Program-made: the position numbers and the translations under genes
IMG/VR virus record: IMGVR_UViG_3300025087_000689
Direction: 5' to 3' (one strand)
From: a virus
Taxonomy: Duplodnaviria > Caudoviricetes
Length of the DNA: 64,000 nt
Part shown: positions 56,418-64,000 of the stretch, in pieces
Position numbering within the stretch: position 1 is the first letter of the stretch
How the letters are laid out: every line of letters begins with the position of its first letter
The notes under the pieces: model-generated
The model's database searches: none
The model's input: the letters and a program-made list of their open reading frames with translations, nothing else
Told to the model about the DNA's origin: nothing

Positions 56418-58974
56418 GAAAAAAAAGTTGCTAATTTTCACGGATTCTTTTTGTGTTTACACTGGTTTTTCCAACGTGGGTCGCCATGTGTCAACATATC
56501 TTCACAACACCGGTAAATACGAGATAGCCTATCTGTGTTGGTTTCATGCACCTATGAATAATATAATTCCTCCTTTTACAATTTACACGACTATGCGTGA
56601 TCATAGTAGATGTTGTGGCAGAGGTCCTGTTGTAATGAAAATGGTTCCTGGTCAGCAACCAGAATATTTTAGACATCAGCAAGGTGTATTACTTCCAGTG
56701 GGTCAGGGTGGACAGGTTTGTTTTAATGGGCCGAATATGGAACATGATAAATATGCTTATGAAAGTCTTCATGGTGTTATTCTTGATTTTAAACCAGATA
56801 TAGTATGGGGTTTGGGGGACACTTGGATGCAATTTCATACCAATATGATGGATATTAGACCGTGTTTTTCCTATTATGAATATTGTTTTTCTCCTGATAC
56901 TGATATAATGACTAAAGAAGGTATTAAAAATATATCAGATATTAAAGAAGATGATTTAGTTTTTAGTATAAATCCAGAAACTAAAGAATGTTCATATAAA
57001 AAAGTTATACGAACTACCGAAAGGAATTATATTGGTGATATGATTAGTATACAATCTATGCGAGTTGACCAATTAGTCACACCTGAACATAGAATTTTAT
57101 TAGACTCCGGTGATTTTATAACTGCTATTGATGTTACTAAAAGATCTATTTCAAAATTACCAAGACCTTATAAAATATCAAATCATATTGGTGATAATGA
57201 AAGTACGATTAATATGTTAGATTATTGTGATGATGATGCTTTTATATTAATACCTGTAAAATATAAATTACAATTATGTAATTCTTATTTATGTAATAGA
57301 TGTGGTTATATTGGAACAACAGATCAACCAACAGAATTAAAATGTTCACAATGTAGATCAAGAAATGTACAGTTACATAACGGTGTTTTTAATAAAACTT
57401 TTTTAGAATCTCATCATTATCATCATGAACTTGTTTATAAATTTAGAAAACATGAACTTTCTAAAGAACACTTAGAATTTATAATTTCTATTAATGAAGA
57501 ATATGGTGATATTCGACTGCGAGGTGCCGATGATGAACATGATTCATTACCTATTCTAATTAATAAAAATGATTTATTAAAATTAGGGGGTTGGTTTATT
57601 AGTGAAGGTTCAGTGGAAAATAAAAATTGTCATGTGTGTTCTTTATCTCAATACAAATATATAAAACAATTAACTGAAGATATTGAAAATATTGATATTC
57701 GTTTTAGTAAAGTTCCTAGTGGTTATAAAATATATGGTAAAATAATGTATAACTTTTTTACCAGAAATTTTGGTTTTAATAGTTATACTAAAAAAATAGA
57801 TGAGAGTGTATTTAATATTTGTTCTGTTGTTGAATTAGAATTATTATTTGATAGAATGATGTTAGGTGATGGATCTTTTAATAAGGCTTCTTATTATACT
57901 GTATGTAAACAATTAGCAAACGATGTGGTAAAACTTTGTTTTATTATAGGTAAACAAGGTATTATTCATTCTAATGAAATTATTAATAGAGTTGGTATAT
58001 GGTCTGTAAATAACACTATATCTATTAAACAAGAACACACTGAAATAATACAATATAATGGAATAGTGAAATGTTTATCAGTTGAAGATAATGGTACAGT
58101 TTTAGCCGGTAGAAATAATAAACTAAACTATATAGGTCAGTGTCCAATAGACGGGGAACCTATGCCCCATATTATTAAAATGGTTAATCAAGAAATCAAT
58201 TGGGTTGATACACTTAATAAAGCCGATAGAGCTTATGCCTTTTGTAATTTTGGTCGTGATACAATGATTAAAACAGGAGAGAAATATGGCGTTAATCTTA
58301 AAAAAGTTGGTGTTATATATCACGGCGTAGATATTAATACTTATCACAAACTTGATAATAAAAAAGGTTTAAGAAAAAAATGGTTTCCAGAAATTAAAGA
58401 TGATGTGTTCCTAGTTGGTTTCTTTAGTCGTAATCAACCACGAAAAGCTGTTCATAAATGGTTTGAAGCTATCGCTCTTGGCGTTAGGAAGGGTTATTGG
58501 ACGAAAGATACTTTACAAATGTATGGTCACTTTCCATGGAATGATGTTGGGTGGTACATACCCGATTTAATTAAAACTCACGGATTAGAAGAATTATTTA
58601 TTAAACGAGATAAATTACAAGTGGGTATGGGTCCTTCTGATTCAGAAATGAATGAGTTATATAATTGTTGTGATTTAACGACGCTCCCAACTAGGGGGGA
58701 AGGTTGGTCTTTGACAATCAGCGAATCTATGTCAGCTGGCACACCAACCTTAATATCAGCTTATAGTGCACATCATGATTGGGCTGAACATGCTGCAGCT
58801 AGAATTAAAATAGCTGTATTAGATGCTGAACCTTTAACTAATATAAATAGGGCTATAGTAGATGTTGATGATTACACAGAAAAAATAAAAGCCTTCTATG
58901 ATAATATTAGTTTAGAAGAATTTGAAACTAAGTTTGGAAAAGTTCAAAGTTATAAAGATGAAACAAATAAATAA
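56410..58974 (+). CDS. GT-B fold (GT4-like) glycosyltransferase containing an intein; lacks its terminal helix
   Basis: AAGGAG RBS supports ATG 56410. TDSFCVYTGFSNVG, Y|CPIDG, IYHGVD, RNQPRK and LYNCCDLTTLPTRGEGWSLTISESMSAGTP. Confidence 0.85.
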   Translation: MIKKKKLLIFTDSFCVYTGFSNVGRHVSTYLHNTGKYEIAYLCWFHAPMNNIIPPFTIYTTMRDHSRCCGRGPVVMKMVPGQQPEYFRHQQGVLLPVGQGGQVCFNGPNMEHDKYAYESLHGVILDFKPDIVWGLGDTWMQFHTNMMDIRPCFSYYEYCFSPDTDIMTKEGIKNISDIKEDDLVFSINPETKECSYKKVIRTTERNYIGDMISIQSMRVDQLVTPEHRILLDSGDFITAIDVTKRSISKLPRPYKISNHIGDNESTINMLDYCDDDAFILIPVKYKLQLCNSYLCNRCGYIGTTDQPTELKCSQCRSRNVQLHNGVFNKTFLESHHYHHELVYKFRKHELSKEHLEFIISINEEYGDIRLRGADDEHDSLPILINKNDLLKLGGWFISEGSVENKNCHVCSLSQYKYIKQLTEDIENIDIRFSKVPSGYKIYGKIMYNFFTRNFGFNSYTKKIDESVFNICSVVELELLFDRMMLGDGSFNKASYYTVCKQLANDVVKLCFIIGKQGIIHSNEIINRVGIWSVNNTISIKQEHTEIIQYNGIVKCLSVEDNGTVLAGRNNKLNYIGQCPIDGEPMPHIIKMVNQEINWVDTLNKADRAYAFCNFGRDTMIKTGEKYGVNLKKVGVIYHGVDINTYHKLDNKKGLRKKWFPEIKDDVFLVGFFSRNQPRKAVHKWFEAIALGVRKGYWTKDTLQMYGHFPWNDVGWYIPDLIKTHGLEELFIKRDKLQVGMGPSDSEMNELYNCCDLTTLPTRGEGWSLTISESMSAGTPTLISAYSAHHDWAEHAAARIKIAVLDAEPLTNINRAIVDVDDYTEKIKAFYDNISLEEFETKFGKVQSYKDETNK
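56884..58140 (+). mobile_element. Intein (419 aa) with Gly-Gln C-terminus, LAGLIDADG blocks and an internal Zn ribbon
   Basis: Starts CFSPDTDIMTKEG and ends VKCLSVEDNGTVLAGRNNKLNYIGQ, with +1 Cys. Contains LGGWFISEGS, RMMLGDGS and CNRC...CSQC. Confidence 0.88.
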
Positions 58975-58983
58975 TGATAAGGG

Positions 58984-60969
58984 GTGCAAATGTCGATAGG
59001 AATTAGAGAGCATTTTAGCAAAGAAGGCCGTAAGCTTTGTGAAGATAATTTAGGTTGGGATACGATCTGTGCTAAGTGGGATAAAGTTATTGGTGAAGTT
59101 AATATATCAAAGAATAATCCTTATCCTAAACTGAATATTCCTAAACCAACTAATCTAGAAGATCTTCTTGAGAAAGAGAAGAAGGATAGATTTTTATATG
59201 TTATGCCTGGAACATATGGAGATGTATTTCTATCAACAGCTGTTATAGATGGCATTAAGAAAAAATATCCTGATAAGGATATCTATTTTGCTACCGGTGG
59301 ACAGTATATTCAGATCTTAGAAGGTAATCCTAATATTCATAAAATTTTACCTTATGATGGAGTCTTCAATAATATACCGTTGATGAATAACTTATTTGAT
59401 ATTGTCTTCACTCCAGCCGTGGCAACTCAAGCTTCAAATAATTGGACGAGAAATGGACATGGTGAACATTTAGCCCGAACATATGCCACTCATTGTGGTG
59501 TAGAACTCGGTAATTTATATATGAGGATCATTGAATCACAGGATGCACTGGAAGGTGATTATCTTGTTGTTCATACAAAGACAGGTCAAGAAGCCAAGAA
59601 CTATAGTGAATACCAAAAGATTATTAATCAAATTGATATCCCAGTGGTTCAAGTCGGATCCAAAGACGATCAACTTCTTAAAAATGTAATTGATAAGAGA
59701 AGTAAGAACATACAAGAAACAGCCAGTATAATCAAGAAAGCAAAGCTCTTTCTCGGTGGTGATAGTATATGTGCACATATAGCTGGATATGTTGGAATTC
59801 CATCTGTGTTGTTATATGGTTCTACATTTTCGGCACTCACAAAACCACTTTATAAAGATCAGAGTAAACTTAATGTTATAGAACCAGCTAATAGATATAG
59901 TTGTGAGAGACCATGTCATTTAGCAAAATGTAATAGATCTCCTAATCCTTGTATTAATAATATTGACGCAAAGATGGTGGTTGAACACATAGGTACATTA
60001 GGAATACTTACTAAGGCTCCAGTACCTCCCACTTTATCCGGCTATACTACAACATTGAATCCAGAGAAATATTATCCTTGGCGTCAGTCTATTAAATCAT
60101 TACTAGGGGTGTGTGATGAAGTTGTTGTAGTTGATGGTGGTTCTACTGATGGTACATTAGAAGCCTTACAAGAGTGGAAGAAAACAGAACCTAAACTGAA
60201 GGTCTTTAAACGTAAGTGGAGAATGGACGAGCCAGCTATGGATGGTATGATGAAAAGTTATGCCAGAGCTCTATGTACTAAAGAATTCTGTTGGCAGCAG
60301 GATTGCGATGAACTAATACATGAATCAGATTATTCAAAACTTAAGGATTTATTAATTAATTTTCCAAGTCAGGCTAAAGTGCTAACACTACCTGTTATTC
60401 ATTTATATGGTACAACGAAAACAATTCTTACAGATAAAGGATTATATAAGGCTCGTTTAAGTAAGAATCTACCAGAGATAACCCATGGTATTCCTAAACA
60501 ACTTAGACAAACTACACCTCAAGGCAAATTGTTTTGTGATAAAGATCGTTCAGATGGCTGTGATTATATTAATTCACAGACTTTTGATCATGCAGATGGA
60601 CAGATAAGTTTTATAAATGCTGAACTTATGCAAGCACAACAGACTAATATGCCTAAGTTTAAATCTATGATGGTATCTGCTTTTAAACAGTTTCCAAGTG
60701 TATGGCATTTTTCTTGGCATGATTTAGTTCGTCGTATTAATGTTGATCTTGAATTTTGGGATGGTCAGTGGAATAGATTAAATACTGGACAGACTATACC
60801 TCCAAATCGTTTTTTTCCAAATACAAAACGTGAAGATGTAACTCCAGAACTAATTAAACAACGTGCAGATTTCCTTAAGGATAAAACATTAGAAGAAAAA
60901 CCAATGGATCTAATACAGTTAAATTGGTTAGATACACCGGAGGTGATTAAGTCATGGCTATCCAAGTAA
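58984..60969 (+). CDS. Multi-domain glycosyltransferase: GT4 terminal helix, GT9-like (heptosyltransferase-type) domain and GT2-like domain
   Basis: N-terminal IREHFSKEGRKLCEDNLGWDTICAKW. GT9-like GTYGDVFLST...KKAKLFLGGDS..AHIA...PSVLLYG. GT2-like CDEVVVVDGGSTDGT...QQDCDE. Start is GTG 58984 or ATG 58990 after AAGGGG. Confidence 0.85.
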   Translation: MQMSIGIREHFSKEGRKLCEDNLGWDTICAKWDKVIGEVNISKNNPYPKLNIPKPTNLEDLLEKEKKDRFLYVMPGTYGDVFLSTAVIDGIKKKYPDKDIYFATGGQYIQILEGNPNIHKILPYDGVFNNIPLMNNLFDIVFTPAVATQASNNWTRNGHGEHLARTYATHCGVELGNLYMRIIESQDALEGDYLVVHTKTGQEAKNYSEYQKIINQIDIPVVQVGSKDDQLLKNVIDKRSKNIQETASIIKKAKLFLGGDSICAHIAGYVGIPSVLLYGSTFSALTKPLYKDQSKLNVIEPANRYSCERPCHLAKCNRSPNPCINNIDAKMVVEHIGTLGILTKAPVPPTLSGYTTTLNPEKYYPWRQSIKSLLGVCDEVVVVDGGSTDGTLEALQEWKKTEPKLKVFKRKWRMDEPAMDGMMKSYARALCTKEFCWQQDCDELIHESDYSKLKDLLINFPSQAKVLTLPVIHLYGTTKTILTDKGLYKARLSKNLPEITHGIPKQLRQTTPQGKLFCDKDRSDGCDYINSQTFDHADGQISFINAELMQAQQTNMPKFKSMMVSAFKQFPSVWHFSWHDLVRRINVDLEFWDGQWNRLNTGQTIPPNRFFPNTKREDVTPELIKQRADFLKDKTLEEKPMDLIQLNWLDTPEVIKSWLSK

Positions 60970-61577
60970 TGTATGACATGCATTTGAATAACTTAGACTT
61001 TATGTCTGAGGTTAACTTCATTATCTCACAATATGATATTGAAGATATAGTTGAGACTGGTACTAATGTAGGTCTGGGTTCCACTCAGGTACTAGCTAGA
61101 ACGGGTTTAGACGTGGCTACAATCGAGTGTAATCCTCAGAACCATGCTCAGGCAGTAGAGAATCTTAAAGCCTTCTCAAACGTCTCCTGTCATCTGGGTT
61201 TTTCTATGCATAAGCAAAGAATGCTAGATTTCATAAAGAACGACAAATATACTATACCGAAGGATATAGCTATTGATTCTCACGATCCACTAACTTTTTA
61301 TTCACAAGAACTAAACTTTAATGTTGATGAAGAGTTATTGGATAAGTTTTCTAATAACAATAAAAAACAGTTACTCTTTCTTGACTCTGCCGGTGGTGTT
61401 GGTTATATGGAATTTCTATATGTAATGAATCTTAAACCAGAATATCAGAAGAATAAAGTAATACTAATGGATGACTGTACTCATGTTAAACATTTTAGAT
61501 CTGTTATAGATCTGGAAAAACAAAGTATCAAAGTTACTAAAATTCTTAACGATAGAGTATGTTGGGCAAAACTATGA
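60969..61577 (+). CDS. Class I SAM-dependent methyltransferase-like protein
   Basis: IVETGTNVGLGST...TIECN...LLFLDS...ILMDD. Start assigned to the TAATG overlap at 60969 (track start 60954). Confidence 0.7.
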   Translation: MYDMHLNNLDFMSEVNFIISQYDIEDIVETGTNVGLGSTQVLARTGLDVATIECNPQNHAQAVENLKAFSNVSCHLGFSMHKQRMLDFIKNDKYTIPKDIAIDSHDPLTFYSQELNFNVDEELLDKFSNNNKKQLLFLDSAGGVGYMEFLYVMNLKPEYQKNKVILMDDCTHVKHFRSVIDLEKQSIKVTKILNDRVCWAKL

Positions 61578-62497
61578 AGATACAGGTTGCTTCAATATGT
61601 AAACAGGAAGAAGATTTAATCAGGCCGTGGCTTGAGCATTTACTAGTTCTTGATTGTATTGAAGGTATCTATCTTCATGATACTGGTTCGACTGATGCAA
61701 CTCTCGATTATATCAAATCATATAAAGATCCACGAATTCATTTATTTGAATCACAAGACTTTAAAGACTTCTCATCGGCTCGTAATTTCATCTTATCTAA
61801 ACTAGATAAACCTGAATGGATGATTTTTTTAGATATAGACGAATTATTTAATTGTAATGTTAATGAAGGATTGGAAGTACTAAATAATAAAGTTCTTTAT
61901 TGGAATGATATCCAAAAGATACAACTTCCTCATATTCAATTATATGATTTTAATAAGATTTGGTTCCATAAACCTCCAACCCCACCAAATTGGGATGGTC
62001 AGGTAGCAAATTATTCTTGGGATAAAGACACTATAACATTGTATCGTGGAGATTTAGTTACTTCAAAATTTCATAATTCTCTTCATGAAAGATTTACTCA
62101 TTCTGAAGTAACATCAAGATGTTTTAACTTACTTGGGGTTTCTCCTATCTATGATCTAAGAGATTTGGAAGATGACTTCTATGTGATTCATTATAGTAAA
62201 GCTAAGTTACACGCTGAAGCTAGAAGGACTGGTAAGTCTTTTGAATATTGTGTTGGAAAGAAACGCAGAGAATATAGATTAATTAAACCTGCTCTTACTA
62301 ATGGAAAAATGTACGATAGAGAATGGGCTCTTAATGCTACAGAAGCCGATATAGAACAACTTGGAAGAGATCAATTGATTCAGTTTATAGAGATAGAAGG
62401 ACATGTATTCCCTAAAACCAATTTTAATGTATATGATTTAAACAATGAATTTATTAAGAGGTATTTTAATGACTCATTATGTGTTAATTACAACTAA
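61574..62497 (+). CDS. GT2-family glycosyltransferase
   Basis: ICKQEEDLI..WL...YLHDTGSTDAT...DFSSARN...FLDIDE...LHE. ATGA overlap start at 61574. Confidence 0.85.
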   Translation: MKIQVASICKQEEDLIRPWLEHLLVLDCIEGIYLHDTGSTDATLDYIKSYKDPRIHLFESQDFKDFSSARNFILSKLDKPEWMIFLDIDELFNCNVNEGLEVLNNKVLYWNDIQKIQLPHIQLYDFNKIWFHKPPTPPNWDGQVANYSWDKDTITLYRGDLVTSKFHNSLHERFTHSEVTSRCFNLLGVSPIYDLRDLEDDFYVIHYSKAKLHAEARRTGKSFEYCVGKKRREYRLIKPALTNGKMYDREWALNATEADIEQLGRDQLIQFIEIEGHVFPKTNFNVYDLNNEFIKRYFNDSLCVNYN

Positions 62498-63227
62498 AGA
62501 TAGACTGAATCTATTAAATAATTGTGTCGAATCCATTAGAAGAACGACACCTGAATCTAGAATCTTCATAGTTAGTGATGGTTCTCGTAGTGATACTATT
62601 GACTATATAACTAACTCTGACTACTTTGAAGGGTATGTTATTAATAAAACTAATATAGGTATTGCTCCATCTATTGAAATTGGTATTAATCTAATTAATA
62701 ACTATCATCGTTTTAGATTTAATGAAGGTAAGGAGAAGGATGAAGATCCTTTTATATCTTATGTGCAGGACGATGTTGAGTTTATAGTTAGTGATTGGCC
62801 AAAAGTTCTTAATAATGCTCGATTAGGAATATCGTTGTTATCTGATATGGGACAGGGTGAGTTTAAAATAGGTTTTACAACTGGTCATGTAGCACCGGAA
62901 CATTCAAATTCTATTGTTGGTGAATATAATTTATCAAATGGTTATAGAATACAATTAAGAAACCATATTAGAGCAACTCATATGGAAGCTCCTATGTCGT
63001 TCTGGATGCAACAGTTTCCTGTATCTGAAGTAGACCCTGAACAAAGAGATGGTTTAAGAGGACACCCTGGTAACTCACGCGGGAGTAATATTGATTGGTG
63101 GTTCTTACGTGATCATCCTAAAAGTGTATTACAACAAGGTATGACAAATCTAGTAGTGTCAGGAATTCTAAAACATGTTGGGTTTGACCATAGCACTTGG
63201 CAATCTAGACCACTTCAAGAAGTCTAA
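62469..63227 (+). CDS. GT2-like (GT-A fold) glycosyltransferase
   Basis: VLITTKDRLNLL..CVESI...IFIVSDGS...NIGIAPSI...YVQDDVEF. AAGAGG RBS before ATG 62469. Confidence 0.8.
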   Translation: MTHYVLITTKDRLNLLNNCVESIRRTTPESRIFIVSDGSRSDTIDYITNSDYFEGYVINKTNIGIAPSIEIGINLINNYHRFRFNEGKEKDEDPFISYVQDDVEFIVSDWPKVLNNARLGISLLSDMGQGEFKIGFTTGHVAPEHSNSIVGEYNLSNGYRIQLRNHIRATHMEAPMSFWMQQFPVSEVDPEQRDGLRGHPGNSRGSNIDWWFLRDHPKSVLQQGMTNLVVSGILKHVGFDHSTWQSRPLQEV

Positions 63228-63234
63228 AATAAAA

Positions 63235-63264
63235 TTGGTATTATAGATTAATAATAATTATAAT
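63235..63264 (+). promoter_or_regulatory. Class A sigma70-like promoter TTGGTA-N18-TATAAT
   Basis: Intergenic, one mismatch in the -35 box, same 18-nt spacer. Confidence 0.55.
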
Positions 63265-63309
63265 ATAGGTGTAGGACCGCAAGAAGAAAACTTGAGAAAG
63301 TGTGTTAAA

Positions 63310-64000
63310 TTGCGTACACTAGAAAATACAAAGTTAGCCATACTAATTCCCTCGCTACAAGACTATGATTTTCTTAAACTTACGTTAAAGAGCATAGTCG
63401 AAAATACCAAAACTAACATCGAAATTAAGATTCATTTGAACGCTGTTACTCCTGAAATGGAAGAATTAGCTATTCAATATGATCCAGAGTATACTAAATC
63501 ATTAAGTAATCTTGGAATATCTCCAGCTATAAATATATGTTTTGACAGATCAGACGCTGATTTCATATTTATAGCAGAAAGTGATTTAGTTTTTCTACCT
63601 GATTGGGATACTTATTTAATCGAAGCTATGAATAAGTTTGGCGAAAATAATATCTTTCCAGTTACTAAGATACATCCATACGATGACGCACAGACTGTAT
63701 CTTTAGTTAAAGATTATGGAAAATCTCCAGATACATTAGATTATAAAAGACTTCTATCTGAAGTAGATTCTCTTAGACAACCAAGATATCAGATTGCTAA
63801 CTGTTCTCCTGCTTGTTTTCCAAGACACTTACATGTTCCATTTGATGAAGCCTACTTTCCTGGCTGGGCTACTGATGTTGAGATGCATGTTAATGCATGG
63901 CAGCTTGATAAGAATGTACGCTATATTAAATCAGAAAAAAGTTTAATCTATCATTTCAGATCTCTTGCATCTAAGAAGTTTTACTCAGACGATGAACGCT
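63310..64000 (+). CDS. GT2-family glycosyltransferase, 3'-truncated by the window edge (not in the ORF track)
   Basis: Hand translation: KLAILIPSLQDYDFLKLTLKSIVENT...SNLGISPAIN...FIFIAESDLVFLPDWD...FDEAYFPGWATDVE...IYHF, with no stop before 64000. Start is TTG 63310 or TTG 63292. Confidence 0.8.
   Translation, partial: MRTLENTKLAILIPSLQDYDFLKLTLKSIVENTKTNIEIKIHLNAVTPEMEELAIQYDPEYTKSLSNLGISPAINICFDRSDADFIFIAESDLVFLPDWDTYLIEAMNKFGENNIFPVTKIHPYDDAQTVSLVKDYGKSPDTLDYKRLLSEVDSLRQPRYQIANCSPACFPRHLHVPFDEAYFPGWATDVEMHVNAWQLDKNVRYIKSEKSLIYHFRSLASKKFYSDDER

Noticed and set aside
58898-58980. ATGATAA direct repeat as a target-site duplication, or a self-splicing intron restoring the GT
   Set aside because: Excision between these repeats (76 nt) shifts the frame, and the whole interruption (about 96 nt) is too short for a group I/II intron.
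63315-63331. TACACTAGAAAATACAA, a near-copy of the sequence at 14041
   Set aside because: It lies inside the probable GT2 coding region and lacks the AATATATA box at the conserved spacing.
1-64000. Stop-codon reassignment (TAG or TGA recoding, as in some huge phages)
   Set aside because: Very long ORFs are intact in the standard code, coding density is near complete, and TAG (13546, 46051, 54547) and TGA (44524, 53963) end genes at natural boundaries.
1-64000. tRNA/rRNA genes, IS elements, long tandem repeats
   Set aside because: Intergenic gaps are too short and none of these structures was recognised by eye. tRNAscan/Infernal were not run.

Overview
This AT-rich window is a fragment of a large tailed (myovirus-like, probably jumbo) bacteriophage genome read in the standard genetic code. 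All calls come from manual motif reading; no database searches were run and counts are approximate. (1) Positions 1-46051 are a tightly coupled + strand virion morphogenesis operon. It opens with a >1700-aa protein in the tape-measure position that carries both catalytic halves of a two-barrel RNA polymerase (KxxxxxxKG and RxP...ADSDGD). It continues with a 2431-aa multi-domain baseplate hub with an M15-like peptidase, gp25-like and J-like baseplate proteins, a beta-helix protein, three paralogous HxH/beta-propeller fibre-like proteins and a second paralogous family of structural proteins. About eight of these proteins are roughly ten-fold enriched in the dipeptide Ser-Gly. (2) Positions 46008-48557 are a short - strand operon with a Cas4-like exonuclease and an HNH remnant. 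(3) Positions 48773-64000 are a + strand replication/auxiliary operon: Rad52/Sak annealase, an intein-containing primase-helicase, a degenerate Cas4-like protein, ClpP, a stand-alone sigma-region-4 HTH, RusA, decayed homing endonucleases, and a cluster of at least six glycosyltransferase domains plus a methyltransferase, with one GT carrying a Gln-terminal intein and apparently split across two genes. Two promoter-like motif classes are visible: TTGGCATT..-TATA(A/C)T with an 18-nt spacer (4 copies) and ATACTAG-N12-AATATATA (3 copies, all intergenic). The leading candidates for new biology are a tail-associated virion RNA polymerase with its own promoter class, and a phage-encoded virion glycosylation system that may act on Ser-Gly sites.
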